Origin: Patescibacteria group bacterium
GTDB taxonomy: Bacteria; Patescibacteriota; Patescibacteriia; Patescibacteriales; UBA12465
Length of the DNA stretch: 64,000 bases
Direction: 5' to 3'
Assembly (NCBI GenBank): GCA_041651095.1
Contig: JBAZJV010000004.1
Location: 7,735 to 71,734 of the forward strand
Positions 17,981 to 29,585 of this stretch are shown in pieces. How positions within the stretch are numbered: position 1 is the first letter of the stretch; each line of letters starts with the position of its first letter. The notes beneath the pieces were generated by a model. The model worked only from the letters and a program-made list of their open reading frames with translations, was not told the DNA's origin and did no database searches. The translations under genes were made by a program, and so were the position numbers.

Positions 17981-19006
17981 TTATTGTGATTTAGCTATTT
18001 TCTTAACCCAGCCCACACCGGCATCCAGCTCCAATAAATCCCCGTCCTGAAAAATCTTGGTGGCCGCCTTAGTGGCGATCAGGCAGGGCTTATTCATTTC
18101 CCGGGCAACGATGGCGGCATGACAAATGATACCGCCCTCATCGGTTACTATAGCCGCCGCTTTTTTAAGCGCGGGCATAAAATTGGCCGTGGTCATAGGC
18201 GAAACAATGATATCTCCTACCTTGACCTTGGCCAAGTCATTAGTGGTATATAGCAATTTAGCCGGACCGATGACCTTGCCAGGACAAGCGGTTTGGCCTG
18301 TTAAGACTCCACCGGAACCTTCTACAGCCTCCTCTATAAACCGATAGCCGGTCTGCTCAGCATACTCCTCCAACGTCTGGATCCGGCTATACCCGTCAGA
18401 GACACAGACGTAGTGTTCATAGCGCTGCTGCATTTCCGCGACGCTCGGCATCCGGTCTAAATCATTGATACAGACGGCGTTGACGTAATCCTTGATTTGC
18501 GGGAACAGTTTCCGCACGGTGTTGACAAAGACTTTATTGGAAGAGGAAAAATAGTGGTCGCCGTCTCGCAAAGCATAGGCGCGCTGCTTGACTGCGCCCT
18601 TGACCCGATTCTCGTAGGAAATATAGAGGATGAACAGGTCGCCAGCCATATTGTCCCGGACCGCGGTAATAAAATCCTTGAGATCTCTCAGGCTGTCTAA
18701 TACGCCGCGCTGCCAGACTTTCTCGAGCGGCTCTTTCTTATCTACAAAACGCTGCAGAAAATGCAGCGCTGCTTGCGGCTGAGCCTGGCTGAACTTGGCA
18801 AACTGGTCCTTGATATATTTTACCGACTCATCGTTCTCCCAGATTTCACAGGAACCGTGGTACAGGTAATCGACGACCGAGGGACGAAAGGGATTCTTAG
18901 GCACGATTTCGCTTAGCCCTTCTTCCATGCTTATCGGCCACAGCTGCTGCAGGATCATTATTGTATCCCGCGTGAAATTCTTATGAAAAGTAAAGGGCTG
19001 GGCCAT
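17981..19006 (-). CDS. protein with C-terminal PEP-utilising phosphohistidine (mobile) domain
   Basis: GQTACPGKVIG and TDEGGIICHAAIVAREMNKPC. Confidence 0.85.
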   Translation of the reverse strand: MAQPFTFHKNFTRDTIMILQQLWPISMEEGLSEIVPKNPFRPSVVDYLYHGSCEIWENDESVKYIKDQFAKFSQAQPQAALHFLQRFVDKKEPLEKVWQRGVLDSLRDLKDFITAVRDNMAGDLFILYISYENRVKGAVKQRAYALRDGDHYFSSSNKVFVNTVRKLFPQIKDYVNAVCINDLDRMPSVAEMQQRYEHYVCVSDGYSRIQTLEEYAEQTGYRFIEEAVEGSGGVLTGQTACPGKVIGPAKLLYTTNDLAKVKVGDIIVSPMTTANFMPALKKAAAIVTDEGGIICHAAIVAREMNKPCLIATKAATKIFQDGDLLELDAGVGWVKKIAKSQ

Positions 19007-19018
19007 AGGTTTTGATGA

Positions 19019-20296
19019 CTAGTAGTCCCTCAGTTTCTCCAAGCCCTTGAACTTGCGGATCTTCTCCAGGGCCTTGGACTCTATCTGCCGGATGCGTTCG
19101 CGAGTGACTTCAAATTCCTGACCGACTTCTTCCAGAGTATGGGCCACGCCGTCAACCAGCCCGAAGCGCATTTCCAGAATCTTCTGTTCGCGCGGCGAGA
19201 GCTGGGATACGATGTTTTTGACGTAATCACGGAGCAGCTGCAAAGCGGCCGCCCGATCCGGGGTGACATTCTTCACGTCTTCGATGAAGTCCTCCAGGGT
19301 GGAGTCTTCGCCGTCATCGCCGATGGTGGTCTCCAGAGAAATGGTATCCTGGGAAATCTTCATAATGTACCTGACTTTCTCCAAAGGCTCGCCCATTTCC
19401 GAAGCGATTTCCTCGGCTAATGGTTCGCGGCCGAGTTCCTGGATCAGGTTACGCTGGACTTGCTGGAACTTGTTGATGTTTTCCACCATGTGGACCGGAA
19501 TGCGGATGGTGCGGGATTGATCGGCTAAGGCGCGCGTAATGGCCTGGCGGATCCACCAGGTGGCATAGGTTGAAAACTTAAAGCCCTTGCGGTATTCGAA
19601 TTTCTCTACCGCCCTGAACAAGCCGATATTCCCTTCCTGAATAAGGTCCAGGAGGCTCATGCCCTTGGCGCCGGCGAATTTCTTGGCAATGGAAACGACC
19701 AGGCGCAGATTGGCCTCGATGATTTTCTTTTCCGCTTCCTTATCACCCTTTTCCTTGCGCTTGGCCAGCTCCACTTCTTCTTCGCTGCTTAACAGCGGCA
19801 CTTTGCCGATCTCTTTCAAGTACATCTGGATGGAATCGGCGCTGAGTTTCGAGAGATCGATATTCAGGGCGGCCTGATGCGCCGCGGCCTTGCCGGTTAA
19901 AGGCGGTTCCTGGGCTTTCTTTTCGGCGGTATCCAGGATGCGGCCGGAGTCTTCCATGATGCGCACGCCGCTACGCTGCAGCTCGCCCAAAAAGACGTCA
20001 AAGTCATAGACGTATTCTTCCACTTCCGGAAAAAGATATAATAGTTCGGTCTCGGTAATGAAACCGCGCAGGCGCCCCTTATCAATCAGTTTTTTCATCT
20101 GCTCTTCCGTCGGTCTCGCGACCTGATGCTCTTCGCGGCTGTGCTTGATTTTAGGCTTGGAGTTATGATGCGGCTTCTTGGATTTATTTTTGCTATTTTT
20201 AGCCAATTTATTTCCAAGCGGCCTCTTGGCTTTAGTGGTCGTATGCTTGGCCTTGGTCGCGGTCTTCTTGGTTTTTTTAACGGCTTTCTTAGCCAT
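19019..20296 (-). CDS. rpoD: RNA polymerase primary sigma factor
   Basis: [39 protein letters not shown]; follows dnaG. Confidence 0.97.
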   Translation of the reverse strand: MAKKAVKKTKKTATKAKHTTTKAKRPLGNKLAKNSKNKSKKPHHNSKPKIKHSREEHQVARPTEEQMKKLIDKGRLRGFITETELLYLFPEVEEYVYDFDVFLGELQRSGVRIMEDSGRILDTAEKKAQEPPLTGKAAAHQAALNIDLSKLSADSIQMYLKEIGKVPLLSSEEEVELAKRKEKGDKEAEKKIIEANLRLVVSIAKKFAGAKGMSLLDLIQEGNIGLFRAVEKFEYRKGFKFSTYATWWIRQAITRALADQSRTIRIPVHMVENINKFQQVQRNLIQELGREPLAEEIASEMGEPLEKVRYIMKISQDTISLETTIGDDGEDSTLEDFIEDVKNVTPDRAAALQLLRDYVKNIVSQLSPREQKILEMRFGLVDGVAHTLEEVGQEFEVTRERIRQIESKALEKIRKFKGLEKLRDY

Positions 20297-20305
20297 AGTG
20301 ATAAG

Positions 20306-22096
20306 TTATAAAGTCATTAAATCTTTTAATTCGCCCATCAGCTTGTTCAATTCTTCGCTGTTCCCGGTTTTCTCGGCTTGGGCAATAGACTTTTGCAGTT
20401 TCTGGATCTTTTTCTGCCGGCCGTATTTCTTTAATTCGCCGATGATACCGACGATTTCGGCCTTGGCCTGCGCCGGCTCGAAATTATAAAAATCCTTTTC
20501 ACCTAAAAGGATGAGCTTATCCAATAATTTTTCATCCCCCGCCCCTTGCTCTTCCAGATACAGCCGGAAATTATCATAGTCCAAAGAGGCAGTCTTATTA
20601 TAGTAGATTATAAAACCCTTGTAAAACCGGGAAAAATCATGGCTCAGGTAATCCGGCTCCAGGTTGCTCACCCCGTAATTGACGAATTCCGGAAACTTGA
20701 CGAGGAGGGACAGGAATAGTTCCGCCAATTTGTCTTCCCGGCTCAGTTGCGGCGCTACCGGAGCCGCGGCCTTAGCTACTACGCCGCTCGCCGGCCCGTT
20801 CTTCTTCATGAGCGCGCCCAGCTTCTCCCTCAATTCCTGCTCGTTGGCGCCGATTTCCTGGCTCAGCTTGGTCAGCCAATAACTGCGCTCGATGTTGTTA
20901 TGGACATTGGCGAGCATCGCGAGCATCTGGCCCTCTATTTCCCGCCGGTCTTCGGTCTTATCCAGATCCAGTCCGGCGCTTACTTTATGGAAATAATACT
21001 CCAGCATGGGCTGCGCGCGTTCTACGGCCTCCTTGAAATCATCCGGATCGTTGCGCAGACATTCGTCCGGGTCCTTGCCCGAGGGCAAAGTGATCACTTT
21101 CAGGTTCATTTCCTGGGCCAGACATTCCTTGATGCCCCGGTCGGCGGCCATCTGTCCGGCTTTATCCATATCGAACAAGAGGGCGACGTTTTCCGTGAAA
21201 CGCTTAATAAGTGTCACCTGCTCGGTGGTCAAGGCCGTACCCGAGGAAGCGACCACGTTCTGGAAACCATGCTGGTGGCAGCTGATTGCGTCCATCTGGC
21301 CTTCGACGACGATGGCCAGATCAGCCTCGCGGATAGCGCTCTTCGCCTTGTTCAGGCCGAATAAGACCCGGCTCTTGTCATAGACCTTGGTTTGGGGGCT
21401 ATTGATGTACTTGCCCATCTTTTCCGTCTTTTCCTTTTCCGGATTGACCCGGGCGGTAAAAGCGATAATGTTATTGTTGCTGTCCCAGATCGGAAACATT
21501 ATCCGGTCGCGAAAGCGGTCGTAATAACCGCGGCCGCCTTCTTTCTTGGTAATCAGTCCGGCGGCGAAGATCTCTTCATCCGTATACTTCTGGCCGCTTA
21601 ATGGCCGCTGTTTCAAAAAGGAATATAATTTATCCCAGGCATCCGGGCTGTAGCCTAATTGCCAGTCCTTGATGATTTCCTCGCTCAGGCCGCGCCTGGT
21701 TAAGTATTCCCTGGCCTTGGCGCCCAGCGGTTCGCTAAGCACATGGGCATAGTATTTGCCGGCCAGCTCCAAAATATCCAGCAGACGGTTGCGCTCGGAA
21801 TAATCGCGGCTATTTTCATAATGCAGGGTCACGCCGGCTTTCGGCGCCAGGAGGCGCAGGGCTTCCATAAAGCCCAGGCCTTCTTTTTCCATGACAAAAC
21901 TGAAGACGTCTCCACCCCGGCCGCAGCCGAAACAATGCCAGATCTGCTTTTCCGGGGAAATCACGAAAGACGGCGTCTTCTCGTTATGGAACGGACACAA
22001 AGCCTGGAAGTTCGCGCCCACGGCCCGGACGGGCACGTATTCACGGATCACTTCCACGATGTCCAGTTTGGATTTGATGTCTTCGGCTTGGCCCAT
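20306..22096 (-). CDS. dnaG: DNA primase
   Basis: CPFHNEKTPSF zinc finger; KYINSP; VEGQMD; DMDKAG Toprim. Confidence 0.98.
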   Translation of the reverse strand: MGQAEDIKSKLDIVEVIREYVPVRAVGANFQALCPFHNEKTPSFVISPEKQIWHCFGCGRGGDVFSFVMEKEGLGFMEALRLLAPKAGVTLHYENSRDYSERNRLLDILELAGKYYAHVLSEPLGAKAREYLTRRGLSEEIIKDWQLGYSPDAWDKLYSFLKQRPLSGQKYTDEEIFAAGLITKKEGGRGYYDRFRDRIMFPIWDSNNNIIAFTARVNPEKEKTEKMGKYINSPQTKVYDKSRVLFGLNKAKSAIREADLAIVVEGQMDAISCHQHGFQNVVASSGTALTTEQVTLIKRFTENVALLFDMDKAGQMAADRGIKECLAQEMNLKVITLPSGKDPDECLRNDPDDFKEAVERAQPMLEYYFHKVSAGLDLDKTEDRREIEGQMLAMLANVHNNIERSYWLTKLSQEIGANEQELREKLGALMKKNGPASGVVAKAAAPVAPQLSREDKLAELFLSLLVKFPEFVNYGVSNLEPDYLSHDFSRFYKGFIIYYNKTASLDYDNFRLYLEEQGAGDEKLLDKLILLGEKDFYNFEPAQAKAEIVGIIGELKKYGRQKKIQKLQKSIAQAEKTGNSEELNKLMGELKDLMTL

Positions 22097-22101
22097 GTTG
22101 T

Positions 22102-22431
22102 CTAAACGAATAATTGATTGATCAACAGACTTTTTAATCTCTCTATTTCCCGCTCGACTACTTCCCCGTCGTATTCGGCGTTATGCCGGCTATAGCCCTC
22201 GTAGCCGGGGCGTTTCTGGTCCAGGTGCAGATTGAAAGTGATCTGCTCGTCGCCGCCGTCTTGAGGCGCGCTGGTAAAATAGACATGGAAACGGGGGTAA
22301 AAATCACGGCCCAGGCGGCGGGCGAAACTGGGCTGCCCGGCTTCCCGATCCGGGACCAAAGTATAGCCGGCCTGCCGGAGCCAGAGTTCCGGCGCGGCGC
22401 CTAATTGTTTCTTATTGACGATCAGTTTCAT
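22102..22431 (-). CDS. hypothetical protein
   Basis: tightly packed between the GtrA gene and dnaG; YPRFHVY, LHLDQK motifs. Confidence 0.75.
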   Translation of the reverse strand: MKLIVNKKQLGAAPELWLRQAGYTLVPDREAGQPSFARRLGRDFYPRFHVYFTSAPQDGGDEQITFNLHLDQKRPGYEGYSRHNAEYDGEVVEREIERLKSLLINQLFV

Positions 22432-22894
22432 TTTCGCCGATTTTAAAAATAATGAATTTATAGACCAGGAAATTAACGACGGCCAGCACCAAGTTGACGA
22501 TGATCTGGGCCAGGATGTACCAGGTCTGATACTTATTGACCAACAAATGCATGAACCAGCCGTTCAAGTACAGGCCGATGAGCGCGTTAATGATATATAA
22601 GAAGAGCTGGTGCAGGACTTTCTTCTGGCAATAATTGCGGAAGGTCCAGAATTTCTGCAAAGTGAAGCTGATCAGGAAAGCGCAGATAAAAGCCAGGCTG
22701 GTCGACAGGACGATGTCCAGACGAAATAAGCCGTGGAAGACGAAAAGCAGGACAATGTCGGCGCCCCCGGAAAAAGAACCGGCGATGAAGAATTTGATGA
22801 TTGATTTCTGGGGTTCGATTATTTTAAATATTCTTGGAAACTTAGTGGAAAAATAAAGACGCAAACGGTCGTAAAGCTGACGGATATGGGACAT
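22412..22894 (-). CDS. GtrA family membrane protein
   Basis: KFFIAG, SFTLQKFWTF, NFLVYKFIIF. Confidence 0.88.
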   Translation of the reverse strand: MSHIRQLYDRLRLYFSTKFPRIFKIIEPQKSIIKFFIAGSFSGGADIVLLFVFHGLFRLDIVLSTSLAFICAFLISFTLQKFWTFRNYCQKKVLHQLFLYIINALIGLYLNGWFMHLLVNKYQTWYILAQIIVNLVLAVVNFLVYKFIIFKIGENETDRQ

Positions 22895-22920
22895 AATTTA
22901 AAACGTGATTAAAATAGTTC

Positions 22921-23793
22921 TTACCTTTTCCAATTATAGCTGTTAAATACCCAATTAGCCAGGTACTTGCTCTCTCTGAAACGCTCGTTCTTGCCGTCCG
23001 AATTAAGGATGACGGCAATAACTTCCCGGCCGCTGGCGTCTTGGAGGCGGCCGACGAAACAGTAGCCGGCCTGATCGGTATAGCCGGTCTTGCCGCCCAG
23101 GACTTGCAGGCCTTTCGGCACCGGATCGAAAAGCAGATAATCCGTTGAGTCTATCTGCTTGTTCCGGCCGTCCTGGGTCGTGAATTCATAGGTGCTCTTG
23201 GTGGTCGCTTCCCTGATCTCGGGCGCCTTGAGCGCGGACTGAGCCAGGAGCGCCACTTCGCGCGCCGTCGACACGTCTTTATCGCTCAGGCCGATGGGAT
23301 CGACGAAACTGGTGCGGGCTAAGCCTAAGGCTCTGGCCTTGGCGTTCATCCGGCTGACGAAATCCGCCTCGCTCAGGCCGGAGGCATGGACCAGCGCCAG
23401 CGTCGCCCCGTTATCGGAAGCGACCAGGCTGGTATAGAACAGGTCGCGCATCGTCACTTCTTCGCCGCGGAACAGATGCCATTTGCCGCCTTCCACTTCG
23501 TCGTCAGGCGTGATCTTATAGGTCTCTTCCCAGCCCGGATTATTCTCCAGGAAGACCAGGGCGGTCATCAGCTTGGTGATGCTGGCGATAGGCTGGACTT
23601 CGTCGGCGTTCCGGGCGAACAGGAAGAAACGGCCGTCAGCGGACAGGACCGCGCTGCGCGGCGCCCGGATTTCCGGTTGCGCCGCCGCCGGGCTGAGCGT
23701 AATCAGCCGGACGTCGGAATTGACGCGCGGCGCCAGACCGTTGAACCCGAACAGCAAAATCAATATTAGATTGGCTATGGCGTTCCAAAACAT
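22921..23793 (-). CDS. D-alanyl-D-alanine carboxypeptidase/endopeptidase (S11)
   Basis: ASITKL, SDN and KTG motifs. Confidence 0.92.
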   Translation of the reverse strand: MFWNAIANLILILLFGFNGLAPRVNSDVRLITLSPAAAQPEIRAPRSAVLSADGRFFLFARNADEVQPIASITKLMTALVFLENNPGWEETYKITPDDEVEGGKWHLFRGEEVTMRDLFYTSLVASDNGATLALVHASGLSEADFVSRMNAKARALGLARTSFVDPIGLSDKDVSTAREVALLAQSALKAPEIREATTKSTYEFTTQDGRNKQIDSTDYLLFDPVPKGLQVLGGKTGYTDQAGYCFVGRLQDASGREVIAVILNSDGKNERFRESKYLANWVFNSYNWKR

Positions 23794-23805
23794 GGACTGA
23801 TAGAT

Positions 23806-24354
23806 TTATTTTTCGTCTTCGCCGGCCGAGAGGACCGATTCAATGCTTTCCGTCCGGTGCAACTTCTCGTAATCTGGCAAGGCGGCCACTTCGCTCAGGC
23901 CCAGGAAACGGACGAAATCATGAGTAACGGTATAATAATATTCGTTTTTGCTCTTTTCAAATTTCTCTTCGATCAGGCCGCGCAGGAGCAGATTGCGAAT
24001 GATGAGCGCGCAATTGACGCCACGGATGCGATCCAGTTCCAGCTTGGCGATGGGGCCGCGGTAGGCGATTATCGTGAGCGCTTCCAGGCTGGGCTGGGAC
24101 AGTTCGCCGCTGGTCTCGTCTTTCAGAAATTCCTTGATCAGGCCGGCATTAGCGCCGGCGGTCGTGAGCTGGTACTGGTTATTATTCTTGACCAGGGCCA
24201 GGCCGCGTTCGCCCGTCTCATATTCTTGAGACAGTTCGCCGAGCGCTTCCTCCACTTCCTTGGGCTTGGTCTGCGTAAGATTAGCCAGGTCCTTAGCCGA
24301 AAGCGGCTTGAGAGAAACGAATAACAAGGATTCTAATTGGGATTTTAGGGGCAT
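23806..24354 (-). CDS. scpB: SMC segregation/condensation protein B
   Basis: LSQPSLEALTIIAYRGP...IRGVN. Confidence 0.95.
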   Translation of the reverse strand: MPLKSQLESLLFVSLKPLSAKDLANLTQTKPKEVEEALGELSQEYETGERGLALVKNNNQYQLTTAGANAGLIKEFLKDETSGELSQPSLEALTIIAYRGPIAKLELDRIRGVNCALIIRNLLLRGLIEEKFEKSKNEYYYTVTHDFVRFLGLSEVAALPDYEKLHRTESIESVLSAGEDEK

Positions 24355-24366
24355 ATGTGATGTTGT

Positions 24367-25095
24367 TTAATCGGTCTTACGGCTAATATGGATCTCGCTG
24401 AACAATTCTTCCTGTTCGAAAAACAGCTCCTTCTGCTTGGCCAGCTCCAGGACGGCTAGGAAGCTGACGATGATTTCGGTTCTGGACTGGGCGGCGGCCA
24501 AAAGGCGGGAAAAGTTGACCTTGAGCTTATCCAAAAGCAGCTGCTTGATCTCGCTTATCCGGTCCTCGATATTGATTTTCGGTTCCAGGGTGGCTTCCGG
24601 CAATTTTTCTTCCTGCTCTTTTTCCAAGCGCGCCAATAGAGCCAGGAATTTCTCATGCATTATAGCCTGGGTCAGCTTGGCCGGCGGCGAAAAGACCGGC
24701 AGATTGAACTGGCTGCGCCGGCTCCTGGCGCCGACTAAGGGCGGCAGATAGAGCCAATGCTGGCCGCCGATGATCGCCTTGATGTTCTGGCTGGCCGTAA
24801 CGAATTCCTTATACATCCTTAATTGGCGTTCCAGGTCGCTGATCTCTTCCTCTTCTTCGCCGGTATAGAGATACGGCAGCAGAGCCTTGGATTTGATGAA
24901 CAGCAGCTTGGCGGCGATCACCAAAAAATCCGCCAGCTCCTCCGGATCGATGTCTTTGGCGGCGCGGATATAGGCCACGTATTCATCGGCGATCTTGGCT
25001 AGCGAGAATTCGGTGATATCCAGCTCTTCCTGTTCGATCAGGTTCAGGAGCAAGCCCAAAGGACCGGAAAATTTTTCAGTCTTTATTTCCAACAT
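24367..25095 (-). CDS. scpA: SMC kleisin ScpA
   Basis: FSGPLGLLLNLI, IKSKALLP, FLAVLEL. Confidence 0.95.
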   Translation of the reverse strand: MLEIKTEKFSGPLGLLLNLIEQEELDITEFSLAKIADEYVAYIRAAKDIDPEELADFLVIAAKLLFIKSKALLPYLYTGEEEEEISDLERQLRMYKEFVTASQNIKAIIGGQHWLYLPPLVGARSRRSQFNLPVFSPPAKLTQAIMHEKFLALLARLEKEQEEKLPEATLEPKINIEDRISEIKQLLLDKLKVNFSRLLAAAQSRTEIIVSFLAVLELAKQKELFFEQEELFSEIHISRKTD

Positions 25096-25098
25096 AGC

Positions 25099-26106
25099 TT
25101 AATCCAACAGCTTGGCTTTCGCCGGCAAGACGTACAGGTTGCCGGTCAAGCATTGGTAGCCGGCCCGATGGTTCTTGCCGTCCCCGACATAGGAAACCGG
25201 CATCCGGCCGTTATCGGTCGCGCTATCCAGACGGAAAGTCGCGCAAAATTCGAAGCTCTTATCACCCAGCTTATGATACGCTATCGGCGCCTTGGTCTCC
25301 GGATCGACCAGCATATCGCTGTTCAAGTAGATGTTGGCGTCGCCCTGAACCGCCGCCAGGTCATCCGGCAGCTTCTTATAGCGCTCATAATAGTTATTGA
25401 CTACGGCTTCCAAATTGGAAATATTATTAGTGAGCGCCTGATCCAGACGCCGGGCCCGGGCGATTTTCGGCGGCTCCACGAAAAACCAGGCCGCGATAAA
25501 GACCGCCAGGACGACGACTAAAGACGCCCAGAAATAAATCGTCACGACCTTATCTTTCTTATCCGGATCATTGCGCTTGATCTCGTAGAAATAATACGAG
25601 AAAGCGGCGGCGGCGATGACAAAGATGGTGAGCGCCTTCAGGATGAAGCGGCTCGTCAGCTCCCCGCCCAGGAAGACGTTGATCGTGCCGATGAAGACTC
25701 CGAGTACGACCAGCGAGGAAATGAGCAGGATGAAATAGGTCAGCCAGCGGCGGATCGCCGAATCCTTTTCCAGTTCCCCGCGGCGCAGGCCGCGAGCGAT
25801 TAGCCAGGACATGACATAGAAAATAGGCGCGGCGATGAACAGGGCGGAAATGGCGAATTTCAACTGGCTGTCGCTGCCGCTGTAACTGACCAGGACGTCG
25901 GCGACGGTCTGATTGATGATGCCGAAACAGATCATGCCGACCGCCTGGGCCGTGAAGACCAGGGCGACCAGGGACAGGAGATAATAAAACGCGTATTTGG
26001 CGTTGTGCTTGTTAGACATATGATTGTTTTCGTCGCGGGCCGCCAAGGCCAGAGCAATGACCATAACGGTCGCGACGGATATGAAAATAGCGAAAAAAAT
26101 ACTCAT
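25099..26106 (-). CDS. DUF5671-like membrane protein
   Basis: AIRRWLTYFILL motif, 5-6 TM; alternative start at 26019 sits in an AATCATATG context. Confidence 0.75.
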   Translation of the reverse strand: MSIFFAIFISVATVMVIALALAARDENNHMSNKHNAKYAFYYLLSLVALVFTAQAVGMICFGIINQTVADVLVSYSGSDSQLKFAISALFIAAPIFYVMSWLIARGLRRGELEKDSAIRRWLTYFILLISSLVVLGVFIGTINVFLGGELTSRFILKALTIFVIAAAAFSYYFYEIKRNDPDKKDKVVTIYFWASLVVVLAVFIAAWFFVEPPKIARARRLDQALTNNISNLEAVVNNYYERYKKLPDDLAAVQGDANIYLNSDMLVDPETKAPIAYHKLGDKSFEFCATFRLDSATDNGRMPVSYVGDGKNHRAGYQCLTGNLYVLPAKAKLLD

Positions 26107-26115
26107 ATTAGACGG

Positions 26116-27507
26116 TTAAAATTCCGCGTTCTTGGGCGTGCGCGGGAACGGAATCACGTCCCGGATATTGGCCATGCCGGACAAGTACATGATCAGGCGC
26201 TCAAAGCCCAGGCCGAATCCCGCATGCTTGACCGAGCCGTACTGGCACAGGTCCAGATACCAGGCATAGTCTTCTTTGTTCAGCTTGAGTTCGGCCATCC
26301 GTTGTTCAAGGTTCTCCAGGCGCTCTTCCCGCTGGCTGCCGCCGATGATTTCCCCCACGCCGGGGACGAGCAGGTCCATGGCCGCGACCGTTTTTCCGTC
26401 GTCATTGAGGCGCATATAGAAAGCCTTGATCTCTTTGGGGTAATTCGTAACGAAGACCGGTTTCTTGAAGACCTGATCGGTCAGGTAGCGTTCGTGTTCG
26501 GTCTGCAGGTCGATGCCCCACTTGACCGGATAGACGAATTTTTCACCGGATTTTTCCAGTCGCTCGATAGCCTCGGTATAAGTAATACGCCCGAATTCGG
26601 AATTCAGGATATTATCCAGACGATCCTTGATACCCGGATCGATGAACTTATTGAAGAATTCCATTTCTTCCGGCAATTCTTTCAGGACATGACTAATCAA
26701 ATATTTAAGCATCTGCTCCGCCAGGTCCATGTCTTCGCGCAAGCCGGCGAAAGCCATTTCCGGCTCCATCATCCAGAATTCGGAAGCGTGGCGGGTGGTA
26801 TTGGAATTTTCCGCCCGGAAGGTCGGACCGAAGGTATAGACCTTGTTCAGACCCATAGCCAGGGCTTCGGCGTTGAGCTGGCCGCTTACGGTCAGCCCCG
26901 CTTTCTGGCCGAAAAAATCTTCGGCGTAATTTATTTCTCCGGCTGGCGTCAGCGCCGGTTTTTTCAGGTCCAGAGTCGTCACCTGGAACATCTCGCCGGC
27001 ACCTTCGCAGTCGCTGGTGGAAATTATAGGCGTATGGACATAGCTGAAACCGGCCTCATGAAAAAATTGATGGATCGCGAAACTGAGCTCGGAACGCAGG
27101 CGGAAGACCGCGGAAAAAGTATTGCTGCGGCCGCGCAAGTGGGCGATGGTGCGGAGGAATTCGAAACTGTGCTTCTTTTTCTGGAGCGGATAATCGGCTG
27201 GCGCCAGATTGACGATTTCTATAGTTTTGGCCTTGAGCTCGAAAGCCTGGCCGGCGGCCGGCGACTCAACCAGTTTCCCGCTGACCATTATTGACGAGCC
27301 GACGCTGGCTTTTTCCGCTTCGGTGAAGTTCGGCAAATCCGTGCCGAAGACTATCTGCAGGCCTTTGAAAAAAGTGCCGTCATTAATCTCAATAAAGCCG
27401 AAGTCCTTGGCGCTGCGCGCGGTCCTCACCCAGCCGGCGACGCTGATTTCTTTGTTCAAATGTTCAGTTGTGGAACGATATAAAGATTTGATGCTAGTGA
27501 TTGGCAT
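26116..27507 (-). CDS. asnS: asparagine-tRNA ligase
   Basis: [35 protein letters not shown]. Confidence 0.98.
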   Translation of the reverse strand: MPITSIKSLYRSTTEHLNKEISVAGWVRTARSAKDFGFIEINDGTFFKGLQIVFGTDLPNFTEAEKASVGSSIMVSGKLVESPAAGQAFELKAKTIEIVNLAPADYPLQKKKHSFEFLRTIAHLRGRSNTFSAVFRLRSELSFAIHQFFHEAGFSYVHTPIISTSDCEGAGEMFQVTTLDLKKPALTPAGEINYAEDFFGQKAGLTVSGQLNAEALAMGLNKVYTFGPTFRAENSNTTRHASEFWMMEPEMAFAGLREDMDLAEQMLKYLISHVLKELPEEMEFFNKFIDPGIKDRLDNILNSEFGRITYTEAIERLEKSGEKFVYPVKWGIDLQTEHERYLTDQVFKKPVFVTNYPKEIKAFYMRLNDDGKTVAAMDLLVPGVGEIIGGSQREERLENLEQRMAELKLNKEDYAWYLDLCQYGSVKHAGFGLGFERLIMYLSGMANIRDVIPFPRTPKNAEF

Positions 27508-27536
27508 AAGGCGTTGCTTAAGTGATAGCGCCGAGC

Positions 27537-29330
27537 TTACTTTTTCTTCCGGACCGGCGCGATATAGAGTTCGTCTAATTGCTTAGGGCTGACTTCGCTC
27601 GGCGAATCGGTCATCAGGTCGCGGCCCTGGCCGTCTTTGGGGAAAGCATAGATATCGCGGATAGAATCCCAGTCATTCAAGACCATGAGGATCCGGTCGA
27701 TGCCCGGGGCATTGCCGCCGTGCGGCGGCGCGCCATAGGAGAAAGCGTTGATCATCGCCCCGAACTTATGGTCTACTTCTTCCTTGGTGTAGCCGGCAAT
27801 AGCGAAAGCTTTATACATGATTTCCGGATCATGGTTACGGATGGCGCCGCTCGACGCTTCAAAACCGTTAATCACCAGGTCATATTGATAGGCCAGAACC
27901 TCCAAGGGAGCCTGCTCCTCTAAGGCTTTCAACCCGCCTTGGGGCATGGAAAAAGGATTATGTCCGAAATCGATGCGGCCTTCTTCTATTTCCGAGTAAT
28001 CGTACATCGGGAAATCTACGATCCAGAGCCAGGCCGCCAGATTATTGTCTTTCAGGTTCAAACGGTTGGCTACTTCGCTTCTAACCACGCCTAAGACCGC
28101 GCAGACCGTGCGCCAGCTGTCGGCGCCGAAAAAGACGATGTCGCCGTCCTGGGCAGCGCAAGCTTTGACAATAGCCTGCAATTTTTCCGGCGTCATAAAT
28201 TTCACGATCGGCGAACTTAGCTCGTTATTCTTCAAGGTCAGATAGGCCAGACCCTTGGCGCCTTTCTGCTTGGCCAGTTCGGTCAGCTCGTCTATTTCCT
28301 TGCGGGTGAATTTCGCGCCGCCGTCTATTTTCAAGGCATGGACAACGCCGTTATTTTTCAGAGCGTCGGTAAAGACCGAGAAGCCGCAGTCTTGCGCTAA
28401 TTCGGAAACATCCTTGATCTCCAGATCAAAGCGCAGATCCGGCTTATCCGTGCCATATTTATCCATGGCGTCGCGCCAGGATAGTTTTAAGAAACGGCCG
28501 TCCGGCGCCAGCTTGACAATCTTCTTCCGGCTGAATTTCTCGGTCAATTCTTTCATGAGCGGTTCCATGACCTGAAAAACGTCTTCCTGTTCCACGAAGC
28601 TCATTTCCATGTCCAGTTGGTAGAACTCGCCATAGTGACGGTCCATGCGCGGATCTTCGTCGCGGAAGCAGGGCGCTATTTGGAAATACTTGTCCACGCC
28701 GCCGACCATGAGCAACTGCTTGAACTGTTGCGGCGCCTGCGGCAAGGCATAGAACTTGCCGGGATACATGCGGGACGGCACCAGGAAGTCGCGCGCGCCT
28801 TCGGGCGAAGAATTAGCCAGGATCGGAGTCTGGACTTCCACGAAATCCAATTTATGGAAGTAGTCGCGGATATAAGCGATGAACTGGTCCTTGACGCGTA
28901 GCATTTCCTGGAGTTTGGGCCGGCGCAGATCAATGAAGCGGTATTTCAGGCGCAAGGCCTCGTTCGCTTCGGCGTTCTTTTCCTCGTTGATTTCAAAGGG
29001 CAGAGTCTTGGCCTGGCCCAGAATCTCAATTTCGGAAGCGATAACTTCTATTTCGCCGGTCGAAGTTTTCGGATTGACCATATCAGCCGGGCGGGCCTTG
29101 ACCTCGCCGCTAACTTTTATCACCCATTCATCATGCAATTTACCGGCCGTAGCGATATCGGCCTGGCTGGTGGTCTCGTCGAACCTGACCTGGGTAAAGC
29201 CGTAGCGGTCGCGCAGGTCCACAAAAATCAGAGCGCCGTGGTTCCGGACACTGTTCACCCAGCCGGCCAAGACGACTTTTTGGCCAACTTTAGATTTATT
29301 TAATTCTCCGCAAGTGTGGGTTCTTAACAT
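27537..29330 (-). CDS. aspS: aspartate-tRNA ligase
   Basis: [27 protein letters not shown] insert, GAPPHGG. Confidence 0.98.
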   Translation of the reverse strand: MLRTHTCGELNKSKVGQKVVLAGWVNSVRNHGALIFVDLRDRYGFTQVRFDETTSQADIATAGKLHDEWVIKVSGEVKARPADMVNPKTSTGEIEVIASEIEILGQAKTLPFEINEEKNAEANEALRLKYRFIDLRRPKLQEMLRVKDQFIAYIRDYFHKLDFVEVQTPILANSSPEGARDFLVPSRMYPGKFYALPQAPQQFKQLLMVGGVDKYFQIAPCFRDEDPRMDRHYGEFYQLDMEMSFVEQEDVFQVMEPLMKELTEKFSRKKIVKLAPDGRFLKLSWRDAMDKYGTDKPDLRFDLEIKDVSELAQDCGFSVFTDALKNNGVVHALKIDGGAKFTRKEIDELTELAKQKGAKGLAYLTLKNNELSSPIVKFMTPEKLQAIVKACAAQDGDIVFFGADSWRTVCAVLGVVRSEVANRLNLKDNNLAAWLWIVDFPMYDYSEIEEGRIDFGHNPFSMPQGGLKALEEQAPLEVLAYQYDLVINGFEASSGAIRNHDPEIMYKAFAIAGYTKEEVDHKFGAMINAFSYGAPPHGGNAPGIDRILMVLNDWDSIRDIYAFPKDGQGRDLMTDSPSEVSPKQLDELYIAPVRKKK

Positions 29331-29465
29331 AGCTTTGTTAATAAAAAACTAACGAAAATACTCGTTTATTGAACCAATCTGTCTTATTTTGCTGTTAAAA
29401 TTTTAACTGATTTTAAGGATTTAAGCAAGAAAAAAGGGCGGCTACAAGTTAAGATACTATTTCTA

Positions 29466-29585
29466 TTGACATTATTTATAATATATGTTATTATATCCTA
29501 ATGATCTTTAAAATCAGGGAATAAATAGGTTGGTGATTTCAGTTCCCTTACCGACCAAGGTGTCTGAAACCACTAACTTATTTAT
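29466..29585 (+). promoter_or_regulatory. sigma70 promoter, boxA-like motif and long leader hairpin
   Basis: TTGACA-17-TATTAT; TGATCTTTAAAA at 29502; 22-bp stem 29521-42/29564-85. Confidence 0.6.
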
